Assembly (NCBI GenBank): GCA_030324005.1
Contig: JARDVH010000099.1
Location: 52,060,849 to 52,124,848, forward strand
DNA: 64,000 bases
Origin: Negaprion brevirostris
Lineage: Eukaryota
Direction: 5' to 3'
The notes below the pieces were generated by a model that was not told where the DNA came from, did not search any database, and worked only from the letters and a program-made list of their open reading frames with translations. Positions 13,084 through 26,301 of this stretch are shown here, piece after piece. The translations under genes and the position numbers were made by a program. The first letter of the stretch is position 1; every line of letters starts with the position of its first letter.

Positions 13084-16000
13084 CAAAACTGCAGTCGGGA
13101 CTCAATGGCGTAAAAAATCTGACCAGCATGTTAACAAAAGTTTCAGGTGACTGTTTCAGCTACTTGATCAGAAGAATAGGTTAAAATAGGACAGTGGAAA
13201 TGAGGTGGAATGCTGACAGTTAGACAAGTTTAACTGCTGCTTGCTCAGTTTCTGTCAGCTGGAGAGGGGGAAACTCCCCATTAATGTCCAAAGTGTATCA
13301 ATTCCTTCAAAATATAATCTGCACCAAACAACTATTTGGACAGACAGTTATATTAAACAGGCCTTAAATAATGTGGTCTGAATTACAGTAGTGTACTAAT
13401 AATAACTACAAATTAACATGTATTGCCTTCAGTAATTCTAATACTGTACCTTACTGGAGGTGTTACTGCAAAACAAAAAAGCAATATGGTTAAAATGTAT
13501 GAGGAGAAATCTTTTTTTTAGGTTAGTCAACATGTATCTTTATGTTCCAACAGCTCCATATGAATTTCGGCATTGCATAATACAGAAACCAAGAGCTAGT
13601 GACAAGACAATGATTTATGCCTCCAGCCAGGAAGATTCAGAGGGCCCACGGAGGGTAAAGTGCAAAAGGGGGAGGCTAGACAGCTGCTCTCAGTGGGCTT
13701 GCTTTGGCAGCCAGGCTGCAGTTACCTCTTGCGAAACCTGTACCTGCAGACAAGCAAATCCACAACTACTCTCCACTAGCAGATGGGGTGAGGAAGGAAC
13801 TGTAGATGAATATTAAAGGAGTAGAACAGTCCCTCAATCAAATAACAGATTCGAACACTGGCAAATGAACTCGCAACAAAAAAAAATAACAGGTGCTGGC
13901 ATTGATATGACAAAATGATGCAGATTCTCTTCCACGTTGCTGTAAGACAAAACTAAATCTAAAAAACAGTTCACATGGGGGGAAAAAAATGAAAAAAAAA
14001 AGAAAATAGGAGGAGTAGCTGAGCTGTATGATTGCTCCCAAGTGGCAATCATCTCCCCAGAGGCTGACGCCAACTTCAAATACCTTCATGTTCTGCATCC
14101 AAATTTGTGCTTCATTAGGCTACAGAGTTTTCAAGGTTTCCATTGTAGACACTCTAATTGCCTATTTGAAGCAGTAATTCAAGTGTAAGGAAGGACCCCA
14201 ATATCAAATTCAACCACATCACAACAAATGGGAGTGCCATATTGATATATGTGTATATGGGTGGCTGGGAGTAGAACAAAAGGCTGCTATTTGTCTGAAG
14301 GCTCATGGGGAAAGATGCCATATCAAAACCAGCACAACATCCGTCAGGCCTGTCTCTAACTTCCCTTATCAATTACTGAGCTGTCATCTAAACTCTTGCA
14401 CATAAGCAAATGTTAAAACATTTAAAACAGGCCTGCATAATGGATGCTGCTGTAGGGGCAGAGGTATATCTTGGCAGATGTGAGGAAACAGTAGCTACCA
14501 AAGGCATTACTGCGCTACGTTTTGTATGGGAACGGAAGCTACTGATTTCACTATTGAAGAGTTTTATTTCTGAAGAAAAGGATATACAACATTGCTCATA
14601 TTACGTTAGAACAATTACAGTTCTGAAGACTGTGCCACTGGGAAAATTCCACACTTGCTGGTACAATACTAGTACCATATGTGCAAGTGGGAAACATCTA
14701 ATTATATTGCCTGATTATGTTTTTTATTCAGGGGTGGGTAAAAGAAAACAAAGTTGAGGGGAGGGGTCAGAGGACAGGGGAGGTGCCAAGATTTGATGAG
14801 TACAAGGTACTACATTTAACGTCATATTTTCTACATGTTGAAAAGCACATATAAAGGGAAGAAAAGTATGGTAAGTTGTATTTTAAAATGGGTTTTGACA
14901 TGACTGCTGTTGGCTATGGTTGCTATGAAGCAAGGTCCCTGCTTTGGAATTAGTCTGGCATATACTGGTATGAAAGCAAAATACTGTGGATGCTGGAAAT
15001 CTGAAAGAAAAGCGGAAAATGTTGATGTTTCTGGGGCTACCCTTGTACCAGATGTTTTAAAGTGCATTTTTGGTCGCAGAACAGAGCGAACCTTGGCGAG
15101 GGAATCAGTGCAACAATGACATTACAATGACAGTGTCCCTTTAGCTGTGTCAGCATACCACAACATTTTTGTTTTGCAAATTCTTGACATTAAACATTTC
15201 AGGATACATTAATAAATTGAATTATGTCGTAAAATGACCCATGTCTTCTGTTCAATGTGGTACCTGAAGTGGATTAGCTCAATTTCTTATTTATTTATTC
15301 TGTGAAAGATGGCCACATTTGAAAAGGTAGGTCATATGGATTTGATTTGTGGTGGTTTTAAAATGCAGTCTAGTAGAAGGTGATAAAGGGGATTCTCTCT
15401 CTTTCAAGAGCCATTACTATTAACATTTAATTACAAAGTACAGTGAGTGCTCCTCTTGGAGGAGTCAGGTTTACCAGTACTGTATAAAACATTGAAGTAT
15501 TACCCTTCCAATTTCCGCGTACTATTCATTTTAATAATGTATTTTTTATTGAAAGTTCTTCTTCTCCCATCACTTTCTTTCTATTTTTTGTCACTTGTTG
15601 GCTGTCCAAGATCATCCATTCACGGATGCTTAGAAAGGTGGGGAGGGGGTAGTCACATTTCTACATGCCTATGACAAACACAGCTTTGTGAATGATTGGT
15701 TCCGAGATACGATTCAGGCCGGGAGAACCCTGCCTGCATCAGTTCTTTCCTTTCCCAGCACAAGGACCTTTCCACCCTCACCAGCTCAAGATTGAACGTG
15801 TCATTTTCATGGGTAATCTTCCATCCAGTGGGTTTGGCTAGAAATTGAGAAGCAAGTTGAAATAGCACTTTGCAATTTGAACTCGTGCACCCTTGCAATT
15901 GGCAGAACCACATTTGATTAGGAGCTTCCTTATTCAGTCTGACTCTTAAACAAGCATGTGGAGAAAAAAAGTCAAACACTCGATTATCATAAATTTTTGC

Positions 16001-16355
16001 TATTGAAATGATCAACTGGAGTTTGACAAGATCACTGAGCCCACTGTGGATTATGAACACATTATTTATGTTTTCTGAATTTTGTGCACATCACCTGCAT
16101 CAAACATTACTCCCAAATATATCAATTTAAATACATTACACATTATGAAATAAGTTTTAATGAAGTAAGACTTCTAAATCAGGTAGTCATATGCCAAATG
16201 CAATAAATATAAAACCGACTTATGCATTTAACTTATCTGTATGTAATACACATGATATATTTATTAATGTTAAAATTTATCATGCTTCTGTCATTTCAGA
16301 TGCATAAAAATCACTAAAACAATATAGATCACAATGAAATATGACTATTAATTCA

Positions 16356-16769
<414 letters not shown>

Positions 16770-18211
16770 TTAAATACATTAGTGCCTTAATGAAAATGCA
16801 TTTTGTTTATTGTCCTCTGGAGAGGAGGGTCATCACACAGAGTGCATAAATTGCTAGTGCAGACAAGGCAGGTTGGCAGTGAGTGTAATTGTAACCTTGA
16901 TACTACATGTTAGCAGTACTCAGGGTCCATCACATTCCCCTAGAAACATATGCAACTCCCTGTAATTAGCACCGCATCCACCTGGGACAGCAGCTCTGAT
17001 GAAATATTTCAGAGTTAATCACACTTTGTAAACACTGATTTATATTGACTACCCTTCTCTGAGCCGATGCTTCCTCATTAAGTAACAGATTAGTGGAACA
17101 CTAAGAGACTAAATACTGAAAACTCCTCATTCAATGCAAAATCTTGTGTAAAACAACAGATCTGGGAAAGAAATCTATTCACATATACATCCCATTCACA
17201 CAACTGCTTCACGGAAAACATTACAATACAACTTGTATGCAGCAGATGCAAATTATGCAATCTCTTCTACAGAAAAGGAAATTTAATTTTCAAAATATCT
17301 GACTGCTTACATACACAAGCAATGAATAACATTCTTAAAAATGTATTTTAATCTTAGAACAGGGAGGCTCTAGCAGAAAACTGACATATGGTGCAGAAGT
17401 TTTATCTTCATTTTTCCTGTTGGAATGAAATGCTCTCTTCCTCTTTCATCTATATTTGCCTAATTGAGGATATTAAAAATTAGAAAAACCTACTGGGGTC
17501 CATTTACGGAATCAGTTATGACTAGATGCAATCTGTAACTTGCTGTAAAAATGTCTTGATAGTCACATAAATGGGAATAGCGATTGGTCTGCATAATGTA
17601 GCATATGGGACAATGATTGTGCATCTATGAGGCCAGTATCACTGAGCACAGTAGCCACTGATGCGTTATGAGATAGGAACTACTCGGCAACAAACAAAAT
17701 TACTGACCAAATACTGATTCCATTATAACCTAATTACTTGCAGATACTCTGAGAAATTAAATGGCGATGCACTACCACAAATGCAGTAATCTAATGGATT
17801 TAGGTATTACTGGAGAGTAGGAGTTTTGTTGCAATCGTTTTATGTTGCGTATCATGCCACCAGATGCACTGCAAGGCCTCAGTGGAGCTCCAAGGAAAGA
17901 AAACTCCCCTGTCCGCTTTGGTGTAACCATGAGTTCAGATAGGGAAATCATACTGCAAAAGTCACAATAATCATATAACTTGGCTGCAACTGAACGAATA
18001 TTCTACAGATGATGCAAATTATACACAAATAATTCAAAACTGTGGGCCTGGTCTCATTGTAGTTCATACAAACGCCTTGCACAAAATCATACAAATGAAG
18101 GCATAAACGGAGCAGGTAATTACTGCCAATAATGACACTTACCTGTGCAAAAGATGGTTCAAAAAGTATTATTTCAAAAATTATCTTCAAGTTTCAATCT
18201 CCCCATCACCT

Positions 18212-18276
18212 TCATTAATTACTATATGCGTCATTAACTAGTCATTAATTACTGTACACACCATTAACTGCTCATT
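18212..18276. repeat. Two-copy 30-bp tandem repeat rich in ATTA/TAAT
   Basis: TCATTAATTACTATATGCGTCATTAACTAG / TCATTAATTACTGTACACACCATTAACTGC / TCATT. Confidence 0.7.
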
Positions 18277-19030
18277 TTCATCTTGGATAATAGAAAAAAA
18301 ATGCCTAAGTTTCACCACAAAAGGAAGATATTTACATTATAATTTCAATATTTATTCACCTGAAATGAGTGTTAGACATTTGAGTTAACAGAAACCTGAG
18401 CACTTAAATAAAAGGAGAATTATCTGTGCTTTTTCAGAACTACCAGAAGTTGGTCAAATTCTTGTTGTAACCTAGGTAACTACTTTATCTACAAACAGTG
18501 GTTAAAGAATATTGCCACATAGAAAATCCAGACATCTGTCTTTAAAAACATTTTCCCCCAAAATATGGGGAGATAGTGACTGGATAAAGCATTTGTTTGA
18601 ATATTTAAGTTATTTTTCTTTCTGTATGAATCCAATTGAAAATAATCAGCTGGCTCCGACTAAAATTAGTGGAAATGATTAAAGTTAATAATAGAACAAT
18701 AAAGATTCTTGGCATTCCTGACGAGATATCTAGTTTGACATTGTTTTCTGCGCACAGTTGCTGGCCTCTCTATATCATCTGTGGAATGTCTTTTAAAGTA
18801 GGCTTGTTCTTCAAATAACTTAATGTTATTTTGCCCACTGATAACTACATCTAATTTGGAGTCATCAGTTAGCCAATTAGAAGCTTAATAAAGTAAAGTT
18901 CTTCCATTGGTATTGAAACTAAGAATACACAATGGGGCCCTTATCTACTGTGTGTACCAAAAGCGTACTTTTTTACCTCAATGACAAATAATTTGCAAGA
19001 ATATCTGGCAGAATAGTAACGAGGTATTAC

Positions 19031-19443
19031 CTTGTATAGTACGCTTGAAGAATGCTTTGCAGGCCTCACNNNNNNNNNNNNNNNAATGATATCCTGATGC
19101 TATGTCACCGCAGACCAAACACAATCTTTTGGGCATGGAGTTCAACATGTACTCGCACTTGGTCTGCGAGTCTTCGGCTATAGTGCTCGAACAGTCGTCG
19201 TACCGCTTACGGGAGCTGCCGTTGCTGCCCAGGCTGGTCGTTGTGTAGAGTGGGGGAGAGTCCAGGCCATTCTGGTGTCCATTCATAGTGGAGCTGTAGC
19301 TCCCACTGGCGTCCGATGAGCCACCTGGACTGTGGTGATTGATACTATCTGTCAGCGAGGCAGGGCTGGACGGCTCTGTCTTAATGTATGATGAGCAGCT
19401 CGAATCAATGTGTCGATCCTTGGCTGACATTCTGCAGAGAAGC
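19031..19443 (-). CDS. ESRRG: ESRRG exon 2 (AF-1 region, short-isoform Met at 19430, first C4 zinc finger), 413 nt
   Basis: Acceptor TTTTCACAG|G CTT CTC TGC AGA ATG. Peptide [33 protein letters not shown]...[30 protein letters not shown] is ERR-gamma ([12 protein letters not shown] motif; P-box EACKA). Donor CAAG|GTAATA. The 15-N gap at 19070-19084 exactly fits the missing bases of YGVASC, so frame is kept. Confidence 0.98.
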
Positions 19444-22400
19444 CTGTGAAAAGCATTGAATTAAAAACAACATTCTTTAGGGGCTTTCTGATAGGCAAGG
19501 GACCAGGCATCATTCATTCGTTAGTCAATACAAGTTGTTCTACACGAACATAATCAGCATAAGGGCATGACAGAGGTTTATCAAAGCGCGAGACAGGTGG
19601 TAAACAAAACTTAAAAGTGGGGGTGGGGGGGAAGAAGAGGAGGCACGAGAAAAGGAAAGAAATCGTCCTCAAAACCATTCCTCACACACAGAATAATTTC
19701 CTTCCTTCAAATTCAGTCTTGCAAACGTATTCTAACAACCATTGCGCAACAGTTACAAATAGGTACTATCAGAATATAATCTGCTCAGGCCCTACTGCCA
19801 AAAAGATTTTAAAAATACCAGGTATACCGGGCAAAATAGGCACAGCTAGGCTTGAAGCAATTGCTGCGGTGAACACTTTGAGATTTAAATGCGAGTTGTC
19901 TCAAAAATGCTAATAGGAAACTTGTAACAAAAAAAGTACAATGACAAAAATCCCCGAAGATTGATTTAATAATTTTTCAATTGACACAAATTAACCCCCA
20001 TTTGAAAAACACAACCAAATCTCTCAGTGCAGGGTGACATCAAATTTTGCATTGACAGCACAGAATGGAATGAAGTCAATTCTTCACCCACAAAAGGATA
20101 AGATCATAACCTCCCAAATAGCTTTTTTCTGACAGAAAAGGTTTTCTTTGTTAAATATAGTTTTTAGAATTCCATTGCTCTTGCTGCTAATGTGAATTTT
20201 AGTGCCTCTAATTTTAAATTCAACTGCAGACCAGAATGAAAATCAGCATCTGACAACTGAATTTATAGATAGTTGTGCATGTTCCAATCCCACATTAATA
20301 GTGCCATAGAATTTCAAGGGGAGAGAGGGAGAGTGCACTAATAATTTCCGACTGAAGTCTGTGAACATAATGTATTGGAGAGCAGTAATTACAATGTAAT
20401 AAGTGGAAGAGTAAGTACTCTAAATTAGAGGAATTCACAGAGCTGTTGTAAGTCAACGCACATTCAGCTCTCTCTAATGTTGACTTGGGAAAAATTTAAT
20501 CCCCACTCTTTGCCCCGAGTGGTAGTCAAGGGATGGGAGAGATATCAATTAATTACTGCTCTCATTAACAGCACTGGCTGCAAGGAAAATTTGTTGCAGG
20601 CAAGGTCCTTGACTCATGCAGTCTGGCAAAGAATGTCCCTCCGATACCACACCAGAGCTGGACAGAAAGAGCCACTTGACAATTTAACACCTTTTTACAC
20701 GAGCAAAGGGAAATCTATAACACGCTATTTATTAAGTTGAAAAATACGACTGATAACCGATTGAAAACAAATTCAAAAACAACCTTACGATCCTCAAATT
20801 AAATGAATGATCAAATGCAATTAACTAATTGCAAGGTATATGACAGGACACATTCTAATCAAAAATGATTAGTGTATTTCCAGGCTTACTGTTAGTTAAC
20901 AGCACTCTGTTAAGTAATAGCTGGGTATGAATATTGGTGTGACCAGTTATTTTCTTGGGTTTGCCCGGTGTGTGCAAACTTACTTTACCTACGGATAACA
21001 GACCTATTCTGTCTCCAATTACATGAAATACATTTCCACAAGATTTCAAAACCAAATATTTTGGGAAAAAAACACAGAGACAATGACAAGATTAAAAACT
21101 AAGGATTAAAAAAATCTTAAATGCCTTGTTGGTTACCCCTATGCTCCACTGATGTAGAAGTAACACTCTACCAACACTTGAAACTTCCCAGATTTTCCGT
21201 TACATTTACTAACAACTAGACAATTTTAACATATATATATACTGCATTGCAGATTCCGTGTGAGTTATCAATTTTGGAGCAATATAAACAAAAATTGGTG
21301 ACCGCAACAGTTTATTAATGAGCCTTAAGTTTGGAGGTTTGCCTACAANNNNNNNNNNNNNNNNNNNNNNNNNNNNNNNNNNNNNNNNNNNNNNNNNNNN
21401 NNNNNNNNNNNNNNNNNNNNNNNNNNNNNNNNNNNNNNNNNNNNNNNNNNNNNNNNNNNNNNNNNNNNNNNNNNNNNNNNNNNNNNNNNNNNNNNNNNNN
21501 NNNNNNNNNCCAGTGATCTCCTTTGGTCACGCGGAACCCTACAATACTGACCATGATACTTTCCAAGGCAGCAATTCATCCATAATGAAGCAGACAAATG
21601 AAAGAAAAAGCCTTCCCTATTTTCCTTGCATCGGATTCAACTAACGCCAAGTCAAAGTAGTCATCAAAATATGGCCACTCTGCTTGTCAAACCAGTCCCC
21701 TCTTTAAATGAGATAACAGGCCATTAAATTTGTTACAACTATTACAAAATTTTTAAGCTTACAAATCAAAAATGCCTGCGCATAAACAATGCCTGGCAAA
21801 CCATGGGGCACACAACACATATTAAGACAGCATTTTCAAACTGATCAATATAATTTCCATGGTGAAAATTAGCATGGCTGCCTTCGCTTTTGATCTTCCA
21901 ACACGTCAACAAAACTGTAAGCGCTACTTTGCAATTAGAAATTTCCTGCCTGCAAACCACAAACCCAAGACAATGATACACCTTTTTAAAATCATGTGTC
22001 TTCCTAGCTGATCCTCCCTGGACGCATGATAGTAAATTAGCTTTCACTCAATACTGCTATTTTTAAAAAATATTATTAAAAATTTAGTCTTGGCGCAGAG
22101 TATTTTCAAAATTGTGATGTTTACAATAGATTTGGGAAAGACTGCTTTTCCTCTGAGAATCACCAGACTTTGAGCTTGGAGCAATGGGCAACTAGAAAGT
22201 TATTTTATCTGAACTGAATGTTATTTGAAGACATTCTTATGAATCAATTTCCTTTTCCCACCTCATTTTTTTTTGCTCTGAAAAGATTTTGCAAACTGAG
22301 GGAGCAACCTTCTCTGAATTTAGATTAGTGGTTCTGAAAGTAATCACTGTAATTCTTTTGTGCTCCAGCAAAAGAATCCACTACAATGTTAACGTTTCTG

Positions 22401-22653
22401 CTTTGAAGAGCACACTGTAATTCACTTTTCTGCTTGAACTAATTGTACTCTCTACACAAGGTGCCAAAATATGGATCAGTCAATAGGAAAATGGCACCAA
22501 ACGGCATTCAACTCGGACGGGGGGGTGGGGGGGTAAAAGCACATCTAGATGATNNNNNNNNNNNNNNNNNNNNNNNNNNNNNNNNNNNNNNNNNNNNNNN
22601 NNNNNNNNNNNNNNNNNNNNNNNNNNNNNNNNNNNNNNNNNNNNNNNNNNNNN

Positions 22654-22726
<73 letters not shown>

Positions 22727-23845
22727 AAAGCACATCTAGATGATACAGTGTGTCAGGAATCAACACTGTAATGTATGATTTGGGAAAACATGACCATTTC
22801 AGTGTGACAAGGTGTCATTATGGAATCTAAATGATACAATGGCTTGTCAACTGTCGGAGCAAACATATCATCATTGCATTAAGGCATAGTGGTGAGGAGA
22901 GAACACTTTATACTGGCAACAACAGCATTTTATAGCTGTATCGGAGATTTCTATAGGTTAGGATTAAAATCCAGAGCATAGGTGAAATGCGTATCTGATG
23001 GTCAGAATGGGAAACAAAGTGGAGTGTGCTGTTTTAGAAATGTCCTGACTTTTCTTTTAAATTGTGTATATAATTTTTAAAGAAACTCAGTGTGACTTTT
23101 GGTCAGAAAATAGAATACTCTATTAATGAACGTCATTGCGAGGGTGCAGGTGGTCTGTTGGAATTCAGGGAGTTAAAAGTGGCAAAGTGCAGATATTACA
23201 ACAAGAAGAGTTAAGAAGAAAACTAGGAGCTTCACACTGCAACCACTCATCAGACTTTGACATAATGTCACGTAGTCCCCTTAATAGCATACTGCAGTCC
23301 TTTATTCTCCTGGCAAGAAAGTGGCTATTGAAATACAACAATAAAGCAAACTACATTCGCTATAATGGAGCTGAACACATTGTCTGAAAGCGATAAATTA
23401 AAAAGGGTCGAGTGCAGACAGAAAGAATCTTGCATAAAAGGGCAAGGCAAAAATTCTCCAATCTGTGTCAGGTGGAGATTCTGTATATTGAGAATGGATG
23501 TAATTTTGTGACAGCTCTTTCTTTAATCTATGTTTAGATTTCCAGTTTAATTTTTGTCTTACCACATGTTGTTAAAAGTTGAATATAGTATTTACATTCA
23601 TTTATGCATATACTTTTGTCCTAATGTTAGTCCTCAACACCATTTGTTGTCAAACCATGCAACATATCAAAGAACAACAATGCTTAAAATGTATTTTGAA
23701 GTTGGATCCTAACTCCTATCATGGTACTAATATGACTTCTGATTAAACAGTCCAGTGAGACAAATAAATATCACTCATCTTAATGTGTGAAGAGTTTGCA
23801 ATACAACAGCACTAACTTTAATTTAGCAAATTAAAAATAACAAGG

Positions 23846-25020
23846 TTTCATCATGTGCCCGCAGAGCTGGAGAGCACAAAGAATCTTTGAGCAATTATTT
23901 TCTGCACACAATTCCTTCTACGAAACTATTTGGAAAAATTAGATAGAGAGGTTGGATTTATTTTATCTGGGCCCTTCTCTCTCTACTCAAGGCTGAGAAT
24001 CTGAAACCAGTTTCACCAGCAGACGAAATTCTATTTTCGTCTGATTGACAAAGAAGAATAATAATTATTGCTGTATGCAAATGGTGTATTAATGCACAGG
24101 GAAAGTGAAACTTACAGAGTGGGATTTTCCGGCCACGCTCGCCTGAAAACCGGAAAATTCTGGTCAATGGAACTTTGCCACCCCGCTATGATTCCCCTGA
24201 CAGGCAGGATGGGAAAACTCATAAGAACAAATGTAACCAACTTGATTTGATGATAATTGTTGTAAAATCCCATTGTTTATCGAATGTTTATGTGGCTTGG
24301 CAGATTTTGCCTTTTCCCTGCTCCCTAACTATTCCTCCTATTCAATTTTTGTTGCACCTCAATAATGGAACGTTCTACTGTTGATGGAAAGATATCAAGT
24401 GGTCGACCTGTGGAGTTCACAAGCCCTTATCTCTTGTAACTGCCAGTTTACAGAGGACAGTCATGTTCAATTACCTAAACTCGAAGTGTCACCATTTTTA
24501 TAGGGGGCGACTTCATTTTGCTTCTTCTTTAAGCAAAAATAGTAGTGGGCAAGTCAAGACTCCACAGCATATTTTTTTTTTTTAAATCAGGATTTCTATT
24601 CGAGAACATTATGGGGAGAATTTTCCCATCCTGTTCATCATGGGATTCATAACGGAGGACGGGGGGATAATGCAAAGTCCTGCTGACCTTGGGTGGGATT
24701 TCCCGGTTTTCGGGTGAGTGCGGCCGGAAAAGTCCGCTCTGTGCGTTCACGTTCCCTGTGCATTAATTCACCACTTTATTCCCTTTCATCCGGCAATAAT
24801 TACTATTCTTCTTTGTAAATCAGACGAAAATAGAATTTCGCCTGCTGGTGAAACTGGTTTCAGAATCTCAGCCTTGAGTAGAGAGAGAAAGGCCCAGATA
24901 AAATAAATCCAACCTCCCTATCTAGTTTTTCCAAATAGTTTCGTAGCAGGAATTGTGTGCAGGAAATAATTGCTCAAAGGCTTCTTATTTGCTCTCCAGC
25001 TCTGCAAGCACACGATGAAA
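23846..25020. repeat. Long inverted repeat: arms ~23846-24220 and ~24614-25020, spacer ~390 bp
   Basis: Left GGTTGGATTTATTTTATCTGGGCCCTTCTCTCTCTACTCAAGGCTGAGAATCTGAAACCAGTTTCACCAGCAGACGAAATTC is the near-exact reverse complement of right GAATTTCGCCTGCTGGTGAAACTGGTTTCAGAATCTCAGCCTTGAGTAGAGAGAGAAAGGCCCAGATAAAATAAATCCAACC. The ORF track shows the same peptide on both strands. Confidence 0.95.
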
Positions 25021-25786
25021 TGTNNNNNNNNNNNNNNNNNNNNNNNNNNNNNNTACTAATGGAGTTGCTCCATATGCCTGCACCCTCACAGGCTTGTGAC
25101 TGCAGCTCATCAGTGCCAGCGATGGTTGAAAAGCAGCAACCTACTCTCCAGATTTACTACAATCACTTGCCCCAGTGCAAAGCCGAGGCAGCTTGGTTGC
25201 TTTGCATCTTTCCCGGCTTTGGCACACTTCCCTGGTCGTGTGGTGTAACAGTGGTTGAGCAGAATAGAGGAGGGGGGGCCTGGTCTATCAGGAAGGAACA
25301 TGCTTGAGTCTTAACAGTGTCGAGGTTATAATGAGGGAAGGAAGACTGAGGAAGATAAGGCATTAAACACAAAGAGAAGAAGAGATAACTTTTACAAGAA
25401 GGCAGACTGCAAGAGCAATGCTCAACAGTAGCATTTTCAAAGAAGATCACGCCATGACACAAGGCTTATTTAGGAACATAGCTATTAATCTTCAAATCGA
25501 TGTCAGCAAAAAGAAGACAGGAAAATATACCTTTACATTGGTAATGATACTTTAACCTCTGCTATTTGTCTCTCGCGCTAAAAGCTGTAAAAACAGGCTT
25601 GAAATTTATTTAAAGGGATACACTAATAAAAGTGAAAGTGTCCCTTATATCCAGTTGTCCTCATTAAACAGAGATTGCTGGCAATCAATTGCTGTCTGCA
25701 AAAATGGCCCCTAATAAAAAAGCATTTTCCCACAAAATACATTCCCACTCCCACTAAAAATATAAACTGGGCCCCATTGTTAACTG

Positions 25787-26301
25787 GGGGTGGCAAGGTG
25801 GCACAGTGTTAGCAAGTTTTTTTTCACACAGAAGGTGGTGGGTGCCTGGAACTCACTGCTGGGGGAGGTAGGGGAAGGAGATAAGATACTGACTTTAAAT
25901 GGGCGTCTGTACAAATACATAAATAGGATGGGAATGGAGGGATATAGTCCCCAGAGGGTAGGGGATTTTAGTTCAGTTGGGCAGCATGGTCAGTGCAGGC
26001 TTGGAGGGCCGAAGGGCCTGTTACTGAGCTGTAATTTTCTTTGTTCTTTGCTACCTCACAGCGCTAGTGACCCGGGTTCAATTCCCAGCTTGGGTCACTG
26101 TCGGTGTGGAATTTGCACATTCTCCCTGTGTCTGCATGGGTTTCCTCCGGGTGGTTCAATTTCCTCCCACAGTCCAAAAGATGGGCAAGTCAGGTGCATT
26201 GGCCATGCTAAATTGTCCCTCAGTGTACCTGAATAGGCACTGGAGTGTGGCGACGAGGGGATTTTATAGTAACTTCATTGAAGTGTGAATGTAAGCCTAT
26301 T
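25787..26301 (+). mobile_element. V-SINE interrupted by a nested CR1 3' fragment
   Basis: The SINE head GGGGTGGCAAGGTGGCACAGTGTTAGCA stops at ~25814 and resumes at ~26051 with CTACCTCACAGCGCTAGTGACCCGGGTTCAATTCC; the tail runs into an N gap. Confidence 0.88.
25815..26050 (+). mobile_element. CR1 3' fragment, same subfamily as 43-622
   Basis: FFTQKVVGAWNSL..; colinear with 380-617, including TTTTAGTTCAGT.GGGCAGCATGGT and the (TTCTTTG)n tail. Confidence 0.9.

Noticed and set aside
22508-22766. Poly-Pro and poly-Gly ORFs and a ~70-nt poly-C run
   Set aside because: The run adjoins an N gap and AAAAGCACATCTAGATGAT is duplicated on both sides, which points to a sequencing or assembly artefact at a G-rich tract.
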